This document shows positions 9,196-18,847 of a stretch of DNA of 64,000 bases, one piece after another (the stretch's first letter is position 1; each line of letters starts with the position of its first letter). Below the pieces are notes generated by a model that worked only from the letters and a program-made list of their open reading frames with translations, was not told the DNA's origin and did no database searches. The stretch is from a virus (taxonomy: Duplodnaviria > Caudoviricetes). The position numbers and the translations under genes were made by a program. The stretch lies in IMG/VR virus record IMGVR_UViG_3300027679_000366, positions 21,854 to 85,853 of that record; one strand, given 5' to 3'.

Positions 9196-9279
9196 TTTTC
9201 GCTCCCGAGGTTCCTCACCAGTATTTACTATGAGGTGGGGAATCATTAAATGACTGCTTTTTCTTGTTCTAAAACAAAC

Positions 9280-11127
9280 TTAGTGTGAGTATTTTGCTAA
9301 ATGTAACATGCGTTGTAATTCACTTACATGTTCATCTTTGTGGGGTTGCCATTTGTGTTGTTCTGCAACCTTTTCTTCATCGTTAGCTAGTTGCGATTGC
9401 TGTGAAACGTCTGCAGGTTGTTGTGATGTAGGAACAGTTGGCATTGGTGCTTGTGTAGTAGTTGCTTTAACTGCGGCATTTGGCTCTGTTTTTGTTTTTG
9501 CAGGGCTAGTTGCCGTTGGTTGGTCAAATACTGGTTTAGCCCGTGTATCAAACGTTGATGCAGTATCTGCACCTTCTTGTTGAGTTATGTCAGTAAGTTT
9601 CTTCAACAAACCGCCCATTTCAACTACGTTGCGTGTAGTTTTGTCTTGGTTATATGTACGTAGTTGTACAAACATACTATCACCATTATTAATGCGTTTT
9701 CCTAAATCAGTTACAGCAAAACCGTAAATCTTTAAGATACAAGTTTTTTCAGAGATTGTTAATTCGTGTGTTAGATTGTAATTTTTTAGTGCTTCATGAA
9801 ATTCCGGGCCAAACGATAATTCTTTATATGCTTCTTTAGCTGAAGGGCTAATAACTACTACACGAACATCTTGTCCTAGAGTTGCATGATGTACCACTCC
9901 GGTTGTCACTTCTTTAACAAAATCATACTCATTAGCACTACCGGACAATAATTTCTTTAGTTCTTTATCCATGTACTTATAGGCCGCAGGAATAGCAATT
10001 CTAGAATTATAATCGCGTGCCGCTTTAGCGATAGGTTCTCTTTCTTTAGAATATAAGTATCCTTCTGGAGCAGGATCACCTTTCTTCCAATCCGGAAACA
10101 ATAGATTACCAGTTTCGTCTGTTGGAGGATTCTTTGGTGAAAACTGCAACGGCACCATCTTAAACTTTTTCTTTATTTCTTCGGGTAAGTGTATGCCTAA
10201 TACACTGTTTAAGAATGTATCAATTTTATCAAACTCATAACCAGCATATCCGCCAATATGCTTAACTGTGCTTGTTTTAATACTTAATAGTTTTTCTTTA
10301 GTTCCATTAAGAGCAATCCATAAGTCTGCTTTTGTACTATGTTGGGCTTCGTGTGTTGCGCCATCAGCTGTAACTGAGATTACATCTTTAGTATCGGCAT
10401 TTTTAATTTTTTCTAATGCAGATTTAACAGCACTTGATTGATTAACGTATGTTGCGCAATCACTAAACATTTTGTATACTTGTTTTGAATTTTCATATTT
10501 TAAAAATTCTTGAGGATTACGTGCAGACATTATAAATGCTTTAAAGTCTTCACCTGCCAGTGCAATATTAAGTTCTATAGCTTTACCAAATGCTGTGCTT
10601 TTAATACTTGTACCTTCAATGCGTTGTGCTGTACCAAATACATCCTTGGCTTCTAATTCAGCACCCTCTTTTTCAAATTTTGTTAGTACAGCAGATGCCA
10701 TAATAGCTTCTGCAACGTTGCCGTCATTCCACCATTTACTGTAAGTTTTCTCACCTGGTTTTTCGCCTACTTTTTGCTTGATAGCGCCAGTCTTTTCAAT
10801 TTGGTTAACTCGATATTCGCCACCGCCTTTAGCTGGTAATAAAACTGTTTTGATTTGTTCTAGCTGTTCGCCATCAGGTGACTCTAATCTGTCGCGGCCA
10901 GTTGGATTCCAAATAGCTTCTAATCTGTCTGCGGCCTCTGGGGAAAATTTAATAGTCTTTACTAACTTAGGACTTGTTTTAGTCTTATCAAGAGTAACTT
11001 GTATCTCGTCGCCTGCTCGTATTGAGTTGATTAAGTTTCGATAATAGTTCGAATTACCCGGTCTAGCGATAGATACGGGCTGGAGTGTTTCTTCAGAAAC
11101 CAGGTATTTAAAATCATTAAATCTCAT
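9280..11127 (-). CDS. 615-aa putative internal head protein, possible PD-(D/E)XK-like core
   Basis: Start MRFNDFKYLVSEE 7 nt after TAAATA; GNVAE, KADL...LSIK motifs; positional equivalent of 5027..6703. Confidence 0.45.
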   Translation of the reverse strand: MRFNDFKYLVSEETLQPVSIARPGNSNYYRNLINSIRAGDEIQVTLDKTKTSPKLVKTIKFSPEAADRLEAIWNPTGRDRLESPDGEQLEQIKTVLLPAKGGGEYRVNQIEKTGAIKQKVGEKPGEKTYSKWWNDGNVAEAIMASAVLTKFEKEGAELEAKDVFGTAQRIEGTSIKSTAFGKAIELNIALAGEDFKAFIMSARNPQEFLKYENSKQVYKMFSDCATYVNQSSAVKSALEKIKNADTKDVISVTADGATHEAQHSTKADLWIALNGTKEKLLSIKTSTVKHIGGYAGYEFDKIDTFLNSVLGIHLPEEIKKKFKMVPLQFSPKNPPTDETGNLLFPDWKKGDPAPEGYLYSKEREPIAKAARDYNSRIAIPAAYKYMDKELKKLLSGSANEYDFVKEVTTGVVHHATLGQDVRVVVISPSAKEAYKELSFGPEFHEALKNYNLTHELTISEKTCILKIYGFAVTDLGKRINNGDSMFVQLRTYNQDKTTRNVVEMGGLLKKLTDITQQEGADTASTFDTRAKPVFDQPTATSPAKTKTEPNAAVKATTTQAPMPTVPTSQQPADVSQQSQLANDEEKVAEQHKWQPHKDEHVSELQRMLHLAKYSH

Positions 11128-11137
11128 AGTAGAGTAT

Positions 11138-11818
11138 TTATCGGATTTCTGGGAACAAACATTCCTGAATGAAGTGCTGTACATCGTCCTCACTTAGCCC
11201 CAAACTAACCATCACACGCGGTGTATGGGGGTTGCACTTCTGATTTTGTGCATAATAGTTCTGTGCTAGTGTTGTATCTTCAGCTGTGTTGTTTGTTTCC
11301 GCTACTGTGCTTAGATAGTGTGCTACTGTAGTTTTAGCTAGATTTGTAATTTGTTCTAGTTCTGCTTCATCTTGTACGTTACCCGCGGCCACCATACTAC
11401 CACTGAATATGTTAGTAGCCCATTCAGGCAAAGCACGTTCTCTGCGCCATTCTAATTTGGCTACTTCATCATGGAACCACGCCATCATTGGATGGTCAGC
11501 ATCGCCTGCTTTTGAGTAATCGTGAAAACAACCGGTAATCTTGTTCTTACCAGCTATAACATCAAATCCATAGATAGGTGCAGGGTTATGAGTATGTGGA
11601 AAGATGCAACAATGCATCATCCATAATCCTTTAGAGTCTCTTGCGTCTACAACATCAACGTGAGCGCGGCGGTAACTATCAGAAGTCCATACGCGATTAA
11701 TCCACCCTGGTTGATTAAAGCGATCCATACCCGGTTCAAATACTTCTGTGCCAGTGTTATCAAAACTGTTCTCCAATAGATGTTGTATTTCTATTAACGT
11801 ATCCCATACCTTGCTCAT
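11138..11818 (-). CDS. pcyX: ferredoxin-dependent bilin reductase, PcyX-type, copy B
   Basis: 17 differences in 226 aa from copy A by manual count. Confidence 0.85.
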   Translation of the reverse strand: MSKVWDTLIEIQHLLENSFDNTGTEVFEPGMDRFNQPGWINRVWTSDSYRRAHVDVVDARDSKGLWMMHCCIFPHTHNPAPIYGFDVIAGKNKITGCFHDYSKAGDADHPMMAWFHDEVAKLEWRRERALPEWATNIFSGSMVAAGNVQDEAELEQITNLAKTTVAHYLSTVAETNNTAEDTTLAQNYYAQNQKCNPHTPRVMVSLGLSEDDVQHFIQECLFPEIR

Positions 11819-12366
11819 ACATCTCCGTACAACTTAACAATAGGCATCATGTCTTGAAAGAAACGTTTAGCAAAGTCAAAACACACTTTAGCTTCGTCTG
11901 CCATGTCATCGCTGATGCGTTCTCGGATAGCGGCTTTTAACACATCTGGATTTTCAAATTGATAATACTTACCCGAACCCGGAACACGTTTAGCAATCAT
12001 TTGTCCGCCTGCAAGGTCGCCCATGTGCCGTACATATATGTGTGCCATTAATTTCTTAGGATCATCTTTAATACTTAAAATATACTTGGTATATTCTTCA
12101 ACTGCTGGTGTCATAGCCGGCATGTCTTCATGCGGCCACAATTCAATAAAGTCCGCTAAGATAGCAGGTGCTCTACGAATATCAGGCAGACCGTGTAACA
12201 ACTGATGCGGCATCGCACATACTTCTAACACTTCATACATTGGGTGTTGGTTCTTTAAGTATGTTGCATATAGCTCTGGATTAATGTTTCCAGAAAACAA
12301 TATTTTTACAAAGGGCTGAGTCTCAGCGTCTCTGTGTGCATCGTGTGTAAGGTCTTTTAAGCTCAT
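11815..12366 (-). CDS. hemO: heme oxygenase, copy B
   Basis: YVRHMGDLAGGQMI motif. Confidence 0.92.
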   Translation of the reverse strand: MSLKDLTHDAHRDAETQPFVKILFSGNINPELYATYLKNQHPMYEVLEVCAMPHQLLHGLPDIRRAPAILADFIELWPHEDMPAMTPAVEEYTKYILSIKDDPKKLMAHIYVRHMGDLAGGQMIAKRVPGSGKYYQFENPDVLKAAIRERISDDMADEAKVCFDFAKRFFQDMMPIVKLYGDV

Positions 12367-12665
12367 TCTTCTTCCAGTTTAATTTGTAACGGATAGCCAT
12401 TTGCTCTAGCTTGATTAGTTGCTTCAACTGCTTTAGCTTCAGCAATTTCAAAACTATAGATTCCAGCTATGCCGGAGCCAGTTTCGTGTACTTGGAACAT
12501 AATCGCTTGGGCTGTTTCATGAGTATGTTTGAAGATTTCAATTAGCAATGAGATTACAAATTCCATGGGGGTTGAATCATCGTTGAGTAAAATAACCTTC
12601 CAATTTTTTGGTTCGGATACTTTAATTTTAATCTTTTCTTCTAGTTGAATATCAGTGCTAGCCAT
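12363..12665 (-). CDS. clpS: ClpS, copy B
   Basis: WKVILLNDDSTPMEFV, YPLQIKLEEE. Confidence 0.93.
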   Translation of the reverse strand: MASTDIQLEEKIKIKVSEPKNWKVILLNDDSTPMEFVISLLIEIFKHTHETAQAIMFQVHETGSGIAGIYSFEIAEAKAVEATNQARANGYPLQIKLEEE

Positions 12666-12718
12666 TGTTATCTCTTTTTTAAAATTGGGGGAGTTGCCTC
12701 CCCCGGGTTTATTTACAC

Positions 12719-13144
12719 TTATTTAATTTCGATAGTACGAGGTTTGAGTGCATCTGGAACAATACGCTCAATTTCAATCACAAGCATACCATCCTTTACT
12801 TCTGCTCCTTTAACCTCCATATACTCAGCAAGAGTAAATGTTTGTTCAAAGTCCCTAGCGGCTAAGCCACGATGTAGATATTCAAAACGACTATCTGCTT
12901 GATTTAGTTTACATCCTTTTACGGTGAGTTGATCTTGGTCAACTTCTACTGTAATTTCTTCTTTACTAAAACCTGCTACTGCTACTTCGATACCATAATG
13001 CGTATCGCTATACTTCACGATGTTATGTGGAGGATAGTTTCCATTTTGGTGATGCGGCGCTGTAAAATAGCGATCAAATCCCACTAGTGCTTTGCTCAGT
13101 TGTGCTAGAGCGGCTGTGTCAATTGTTCTTAATTGGTGTGTCAT
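12719..13144 (-). CDS. Hsp20, copy B
   Basis: YPPHNI, YLHRGLAARDF; start MTHQLRT after AAGGAGA. Confidence 0.95.
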   Translation of the reverse strand: MTHQLRTIDTAALAQLSKALVGFDRYFTAPHHQNGNYPPHNIVKYSDTHYGIEVAVAGFSKEEITVEVDQDQLTVKGCKLNQADSRFEYLHRGLAARDFEQTFTLAEYMEVKGAEVKDGMLVIEIERIVPDALKPRTIEIK

Positions 13145-13198
13145 TTTAGATCTCCTTATTAGCAAGAACATTTGTAGGGCCCCGGAGGCACCCTACGT
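13142..13198 (-). promoter_or_regulatory. ROSE-like RNA thermometer upstream of hsp20 (copy B)
   Basis: GTAGGG-TGCC-TCCG-GGG-CCCTAC hairpin, TTCTTGCT, AAGGAGA. Confidence 0.75.
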
Positions 13199-13202
13199 TG
13201 TT

Positions 13203-13231
13203 ATTATATTACTTTTTTTCTGTAGAGTCAA
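13203..13231 (-). promoter_or_regulatory. sigma70 promoter for hsp20 copy B
   Basis: TTGACT-17 bp-TATAAT on minus strand. Confidence 0.8.
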
Positions 13232-15110
13232 CTTCTGTGAAGCTTGCATCTACTGTTTGTTCACCGGTTTGCGGAGCCTGTTGTTTGGCTTGCTCTGCGG
13301 CTTGTTTCTTTTCAAACACAGGAGTTGCTGATTCAAAAAGTGTCTGTACAGATTTTGTGATTGCTTCCACATCATCACCTGCATGGGCTGTGTCCATTGC
13401 TGTGAGTGCTTCTTCAATCTTACTCTTCTCTTCATCAGTTAATTGGTCTTTAACTTCGTCAAAGTCCTTTTGGAACTGATGACGTTGAGCATCGGCTTGA
13501 TTACGAGCTTCAATAAGCTCACGAGCCTTTTTATCAGACTCTGCATTTTCTTCAGCTTCACGAACCATACGTTCAATTTCAGCTTCAGTTAATCCAGAAT
13601 CAGATTTGATAGTAATCTTATTTTCTTTGCCAGTGTTTTTATCTTTGGCACTTACATTAAGAATACCGTTTGCGTCAATGTCTAGTGTAACTTCAATTTG
13701 CGGTGTGCCACGCGGTGCTGGAGCAATACCTTCTAAATTAAACTCACCTAACGATTTGTTGTACTTAAACAATTCACGTTCGCCCTGCGCCACTTTGATA
13801 GTAACTGCTGGCTGATTGTCGTCCGCTGTTGAAAATGTTTGACTATGCTTAGTTGGAATAGTTGTATTCTTTTTAATCAACTTGGTCATTACACCACCCA
13901 TTGTTTCAATACCTAGTGTCAATGGAGTAACGTCTAGTAATAGAACATCTGTCTTATCGCCAGCTAGCACAGCACCTTGTATGGCGGCGCCTGCGGCAAC
14001 TGCTTCGTCTGGATTAACATCCTTACGTGGTGCTTTACCAAAGAACTTTTCAACTGCTTCTTGTACTTTAGGCATACGTGTTTGGCCACCAACAAGAATA
14101 ATTTCGTCAATGTCAGCATTAGTAACACCTGCGTCTTTCATAGCAATTTTACATGGCTCAATTGAACGTTTGATTAATTCTTCAACCATTGATTCAAACT
14201 TAGCACGATTAATAGTTACATTCATGTGCTTGGGACCACTAGCATCTGCGGTAATGTATGGTAAGTTAACGGCTGTGCTAGTTGTGCTAGACAATTCAAT
14301 CTTAGCTTTTTCAGCGGATTCTTTCAAACGCTGTAGAGCCAACATGTCTTGTTTAAGATCAATGCCGTTATCTTTCTTAAATTCTGCAACTAGGTAATCC
14401 ATTAACACTTGGTCAAAGTCTTCACCGCCCAAGAATGTATCACCGTTTGTTGATAGTACTTCAATTTGTTTGTCGCCATCGATGTTGGCAATTTCAATAA
14501 TGGAGATATCAAATGTACCACCACCTAAGTCGTAAACTGCAATCTTGCGATCCTTCTTGTCTGTCTTATCAACCCCATAACTCAATGCCGCCGCTGTTGG
14601 CTCATTGATAATACGCAACACTTCTAAGCCAGCAATGCGTCCAGCATCTTTCGTTGCTTGACGTTGGCTATCATTAAAATATGCCGGAACAGTAATAACG
14701 GCTTGTGTTACTTCGTGGCCCAAATAGTCTTCAGCAGTCTTTTTCATTTTGCGAAGTACTTCAGCAGACACCTGTTGTGGTGCTAGCTTTTCGCCGTTAG
14801 CCTCAATCCACGCATCGCCATTGTCAGCCTTGACAATAGTATATGGCATTAAGTCTATATCTTTTTGTACTGCGGCTTCGTCAAACTTGCGACCAATAAG
14901 GCGCTTGCTGGCGTAGATTGTATTTTTGGGGTTTGTGACTGCTTGTCGTTTTGCTGTTGCACCTACTAGGATGTCGTCCTTTGTATATGCAATGATTGAT
15001 GGCGTTGTTCTTGCGCCCTCGCTGTTTTCAATTACTTTAGCAACTCCGTTTTCTAGGACTGCTACACAGCTATTTGTTGTACCTAAATCGATACCGATGA
15101 TTTTGCTCAT
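13209..15110 (-). CDS. dnaK: DnaK, copy B
   Basis: All Hsp70 signature motifs; 633 aa. Confidence 0.98.
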   Translation of the reverse strand: MSKIIGIDLGTTNSCVAVLENGVAKVIENSEGARTTPSIIAYTKDDILVGATAKRQAVTNPKNTIYASKRLIGRKFDEAAVQKDIDLMPYTIVKADNGDAWIEANGEKLAPQQVSAEVLRKMKKTAEDYLGHEVTQAVITVPAYFNDSQRQATKDAGRIAGLEVLRIINEPTAAALSYGVDKTDKKDRKIAVYDLGGGTFDISIIEIANIDGDKQIEVLSTNGDTFLGGEDFDQVLMDYLVAEFKKDNGIDLKQDMLALQRLKESAEKAKIELSSTTSTAVNLPYITADASGPKHMNVTINRAKFESMVEELIKRSIEPCKIAMKDAGVTNADIDEIILVGGQTRMPKVQEAVEKFFGKAPRKDVNPDEAVAAGAAIQGAVLAGDKTDVLLLDVTPLTLGIETMGGVMTKLIKKNTTIPTKHSQTFSTADDNQPAVTIKVAQGERELFKYNKSLGEFNLEGIAPAPRGTPQIEVTLDIDANGILNVSAKDKNTGKENKITIKSDSGLTEAEIERMVREAEENAESDKKARELIEARNQADAQRHQFQKDFDEVKDQLTDEEKSKIEEALTAMDTAHAGDDVEAITKSVQTLFESATPVFEKKQAAEQAKQQAPQTGEQTVDASFTEVDSTEKK

Positions 15111-15174
15111 ATTGTTCTCCTTTAATTAAGCAAGAATATGTAGACCCTTACGGCATTCTACAAATTTATTTATC
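15108..15174 (-). promoter_or_regulatory. TAAATA promoter plus ROSE-like 5' UTR of dnaK (copy B)
   Basis: TGTAGA-ATGCC-GTAA-GGG-TCTACA hairpin, then TTCTTGCTTAATTAAAGGAGAA identical to copy A. Confidence 0.7.
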
Positions 15175-15459
15175 TCAGATATTCTCTAAATTAGGAATAT
15201 TTGACCACTTTTTTAACTTCTCTATTTTAGCACGTTTAGCCGCATGTAAGCTACTCCAACTAACAACATTGTTAATCATTAGAATATCAATCATAGCTAA
15301 CATATCGCCCAGTTCTTCTTCTAAATGCTCTTTGTTAGTTTGGTTAGTTCCATGTTTTCCATTATCCATGCCAAATCTACGAATCTTACTTACTGCCTGT
15401 ATTACTTCTGCGGCTTCCTCTTGGAGGATATCCATTACTTCGTTGTTGTTTGTTTCCAT
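15175..15459 (-). CDS. MazG-like NTP-PPase, copy B
   Basis: LQEEAAEVIQ...LEEELGDM; start METNNN. Confidence 0.8.
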   Translation of the reverse strand: METNNNEVMDILQEEAAEVIQAVSKIRRFGMDNGKHGTNQTNKEHLEEELGDMLAMIDILMINNVVSWSSLHAAKRAKIEKLKKWSNIPNLENI

Positions 15460-15460
15460 T

Positions 15461-16045
15461 TTAGTTTGTCTTTGCAAAAGGTGCGATGTATGTTCCACCG
15501 CTAGTTGTACTGGTACGCAATGTGTTGTATACATTTTGAATACCTACTGCTTGATTCCACGCATCTTCTAACGCATGGTGTGCTGTAACTGGTGGACGCA
15601 GTGGATTGATACCCAAATCAAATGCTGTGCGTACATCACGCACTTCCCAAAACTTCCAAGGAACAGCACGATTAATTTTACGGAAAACATGTTCGCAAAT
15701 GATAATGTCAAAACAACTGCCATTACTCCAAACACGTTTTGCGCCCCAGCAGAATTTGTACAGGCGAGCAAATGCTTCTTCTATATCAATTCTATCATTG
15801 GGATCAAAAGCGGCTTCTTGCGCTTCTTTACTTTGTTGAGCCCACCATGCAATGGTATCGTCACTTGTTGTTAACCCAATCCTGTCACAGCTATCAACAT
15901 CTACTCGACAGTAAAAACTATCCATTTTAGGTTCTTGTAGTTCTTTTCCAAACGGATCAAACTTTACTGCACCAATTGTAAGGATAGTTGAATCTGGTGT
16001 AGTATTTAGAGTTTCTAAATCGATCATTACATCTGTATTCGCCAT
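15461..16045 (-). CDS. DEDDh 3'-5' exonuclease, copy B
   Basis: MIDLETL, WSNGSCFD, HHALEDA. Confidence 0.85.
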   Translation of the reverse strand: MANTDVMIDLETLNTTPDSTILTIGAVKFDPFGKELQEPKMDSFYCRVDVDSCDRIGLTTSDDTIAWWAQQSKEAQEAAFDPNDRIDIEEAFARLYKFCWGAKRVWSNGSCFDIIICEHVFRKINRAVPWKFWEVRDVRTAFDLGINPLRPPVTAHHALEDAWNQAVGIQNVYNTLRTSTTSGGTYIAPFAKTN

Positions 16046-16073
16046 TTAAGTTCTTTCTTTATTGTGAACTTAA

Positions 16074-16102
16074 AGTATAACACAGATATAACGCAATGTC
16101 AA
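16074..16102 (-). promoter_or_regulatory. sigma70 promoter
   Basis: TTGACA-17 bp-TATACT. Confidence 0.8.
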
Positions 16103-16329
16103 TACATTTTCTTTGGTAAACTCTCTTTTTCGAGCTTCTTGCGCCAACGTGCTTTGGCCGCACCTTTGGCACGTTTACGAGCAGTTGTTGGTTTCTCGTA
16201 AAACTCTTTCGCACGTAGGTCGTCTAAAATGCCTGCATCTTCAACTTTACGTTTGAAACGGCGTAGTGCTTGATTAATATTCTCGTTATCTCTAACGGTA
16301 ATACCTGTACCTTTACTCTTCTGATTCAT
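16099..16329 (-). CDS. rpsU: ribosomal protein bS21
   Basis: [19 protein letters not shown]...[12 protein letters not shown]. Confidence 0.95.
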   Translation of the reverse strand: MNQKSKGTGITVRDNENINQALRRFKRKVEDAGILDDLRAKEFYEKPTTARKRAKGAAKARWRKKLEKESLPKKMY

Positions 16330-16729
16330 CTGAGTCCTCATCATCTTCTGGGTCAGTAAGTTGTTCAACAATACTGTCCAGGTTATAAATCCTGTTTTTT
16401 GAAATTAAATTATATGGTGTAATTTCATCACTAGTTATATAGTATGCATTTGGTTGTGCTATTAGAAATGTGATAAACTGTCTTGTGATTGGATCACAGT
16501 TATCAACATCTACTATTACCACATCTACCTGCTGTGAAACACTTAACATCCAACTAATATCAGTTTCTTCATGCTCGTACATGAATATGTTTAAATCATC
16601 TATGCTTTTACTCAATATTGCTTGAAACTGTTGTTTTACATATATCGATGGCTTAACTAACAGATAACTTAAATTCAAATTGAATAGTTTATCCGGCGGT
16701 GTTATTACTGTTATTTTTCCTAAGTTCAT
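16313..16729 (-). CDS. hypothetical phage protein
   Basis: [16 protein letters not shown] with acidic tail; AGGA SD. Confidence 0.6.
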   Translation of the reverse strand: MNLGKITVITPPDKLFNLNLSYLLVKPSIYVKQQFQAILSKSIDDLNIFMYEHEETDISWMLSVSQQVDVVIVDVDNCDPITRQFITFLIAQPNAYYITSDEITPYNLISKNRIYNLDSIVEQLTDPEDDEDSDESEE

Positions 16730-17030
16730 ATATCCTGCTTGCAAAGTATTCGATGTCTGATGGCCCATAGTCGTCAAACTTATGTGTACCATCTTGTATA
16801 GCTTTAATAAATCGATCTATCTCTAATTCCTGTGATGCATCTATACCTTCAAATCGATCTTTATCAAACTCTATGTAAAGACGATCCATTGGTTTGAATA
16901 TATCAACTGAACTTCGATCTTGTATTCTTGCCCAAAGTGTATCAGCACCTTGCTCGGCATTTTGTACGTATCCTATTACTCCCGTGTCTTCACTTGCAAC
17001 TGTCCGTCCGGGTTCTTGATCATGTAAGTC
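16689..17030 (-). CDS. -1 frame extension of the 401-aa membrane protein (no convincing own start)
   Basis: Open from slippery A_AAA_AAG (17036-17030) to stop at 16689: DLHDQEPG...GYVQNAEQ..TLWARI...MDRLYIEF. Confidence 0.6.
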   Translation of the reverse strand, partial: DLHDQEPGRTVASEDTGVIGYVQNAEQGADTLWARIQDRSSVDIFKPMDRLYIEFDKDRFEGIDASQELEIDRFIKAIQDGTHKFDDYGPSDIEYFASRIYELRKNNSNNTAG

Positions 17031-18181
17031 TTTTTTTTAGACTCGTCTTCCTGGCCCCATAGTTCAGCTAGTGAAATTGTTTTTGCCGGTGTATCGTTAG
17101 CAATAGGTAGTTGGGCATCGGCTTCTACTTTTAAAAGGTGTTCACCCCTATTAAGTTCAGCTTCAATTTTTTCAGCCTCAACTGCTTTCTCAGCTTCTTC
17201 TATCATTGTATTCCATTTTTCTAGCTCTGACTCTGTAGGTACTTCTTCTACAGGTTCCTCCGGCGCTGTTATATCACCTCCTAGTGCAGTCGACGGTGTT
17301 TCGCTTGGAACTTCTTCTGTGTGTGTTTGTTTAATTTCTGTGTTTGGTTCTTGAATAATAGGAGGAACAATGCCTACTATAGTATTATCTTTATCTACTA
17401 GTAATGCACCATCTTTAGATTCTTCTTTACGCCAGCCAAATGTCATTTGTGCGGCCAGCAACATGATAACTGCTAACGGATCAAATACAACAACAATCAT
17501 TATGATGATCCATGTTACTGCTTTTTCCAACATGTTTTCATCTGCGCCATGATCACCGTAGATGAATTTGGCAATGTATTTGATTGGTCCTACTTCAGCT
17601 TCTACTTTTCGAACTTCTGCGGCAATTGGAGAACGTTCTTCATTTAAGGCAACAATTGACTTTTGAGATTTAGCAATGTCAGCCTGTATTTGAGTTCTTT
17701 CTTTAGACTGTCGCTGACGCATAGCATTGGCATTAACAGCACCTTGATCTGTTTTACTACGAGCAATCGTTTCGTCAATCGTAGCATCCATTTGCTTGAG
17801 TGCTTTACGATTGGCTTCAATGTTTTCTCGTTCTGTTTTAATTTTTTCGTCGTATATGGCAATCTTACTTTGGACATCACCACTGACTAGATTTTGGTCG
17901 TTGTGTGCTTTGGAAAGGAATCCAAAAATACCCATACTAGTAATAAGCATGAGAATAGCCACTGCCAAAATCATGTAATACTTCATGTAAGCAGGAGCAC
18001 GTTCCCAATTGGCTTTAAGCCAGCTAGCACATACTAGTTTGCCAACCTCTAGGGCTGATCCCATTACAATGATAGGAATGACTGCCGCGGAAAAGATAGC
18101 AGTCAAACCTACTACAGAGTAGTAAATTGCGACTACAGAAATGGTGAGACCAGTAAGTAGTAATAACCAGGCTAAAATCAT
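16976..18181 (-). CDS. multi-TM membrane protein with long coiled coil
   Basis: 3 N-terminal TMs, coiled coil, EVGPIKYIA, VFDPLAV TM, acidic tail ending ESKKK. Confidence 0.7.
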   Translation of the reverse strand: MILAWLLLLTGLTISVVAIYYSVVGLTAIFSAAVIPIIVMGSALEVGKLVCASWLKANWERAPAYMKYYMILAVAILMLITSMGIFGFLSKAHNDQNLVSGDVQSKIAIYDEKIKTERENIEANRKALKQMDATIDETIARSKTDQGAVNANAMRQRQSKERTQIQADIAKSQKSIVALNEERSPIAAEVRKVEAEVGPIKYIAKFIYGDHGADENMLEKAVTWIIIMIVVVFDPLAVIMLLAAQMTFGWRKEESKDGALLVDKDNTIVGIVPPIIQEPNTEIKQTHTEEVPSETPSTALGGDITAPEEPVEEVPTESELEKWNTMIEEAEKAVEAEKIEAELNRGEHLLKVEADAQLPIANDTPAKTISLAELWGQEDESKKKTYMIKNPDGQLQVKTRE

Positions 18182-18183
18182 TA

Positions 18184-18759
18184 TTAAGCGTTAATTACAG
18201 TGACAGTATCAATTAATGAAACAGTAACAGTACCAAGTGTATTGGTAGCTGTACTGGCGGCTGAGACTGTAAGGCTTAGTTGTGTACCTTCAGCAGTAGT
18301 TGGATCATATACTCTACATGAAGCTGATGTTTCTTGACGAATTGCATTAGCAACTGTGTTTTTAACGTATAGTGCTTTTGTAGTAATTGATCCACCGGCA
18401 ATATCAGTTCCAGTAGTTGGAATGTATGCATCGCGCTCAAATTTAACTGTGAACGTACATGATGTAGCTTGGTCATCGCCTACAGTTTCGCCTGCCATAG
18501 TAACATCTAAAATCTGGCAGTCGGTTAATCCTGTTAAGGCGTTGATAATGTTGCGGAAACGCATATTACCCCTAGCACGGGCTTTACCCTTGACTAGTGT
18601 GGTTGGTGCAGTTGCAAGTGCGTCCCAGCCGTTTGAAGTAATACCACCGTTGGTATTACCGTCAGCAGTTGGGTAATAGGTAGCTGAGCTAGTATCGATC
18701 GCTACTCTATAGAAGTTTGGTTGTAATTGGTTTGAATCTTGTTGGAATCCTGATGGCAT
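18184..18759 (-). CDS. probable virion structural protein
   Basis: T/A/G-rich, GGAG SD, TAAATA promoter near 18783-18788. Confidence 0.5.
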   Translation of the reverse strand: MPSGFQQDSNQLQPNFYRVAIDTSSATYYPTADGNTNGGITSNGWDALATAPTTLVKGKARARGNMRFRNIINALTGLTDCQILDVTMAGETVGDDQATSCTFTVKFERDAYIPTTGTDIAGGSITTKALYVKNTVANAIRQETSASCRVYDPTTAEGTQLSLTVSAASTATNTLGTVTVSLIDTVTVINA

Positions 18760-18847
18760 TGTATGCTCCTTAATATCTTATATTTATCAGTAAAACACCT
18801 GTTAGCTGATTATATACTAACAGGGTTTCACTTTACAATCTTTTTGA

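Larger units (their letters stand above)
1..16150. repeat. large diverged inverted duplication (arm A 1-5016, arm B 11138-~16150)
   Basis: Eight genes and their intergenic signals in mirrored order. Confidence 0.95.

Noticed and set aside
13209-13220. A_AAA_AAG at the end of dnaK copy B
   Set aside because: The -1 frame stops after two codons (GTA ATA TAA) and copy A lacks the heptamer.
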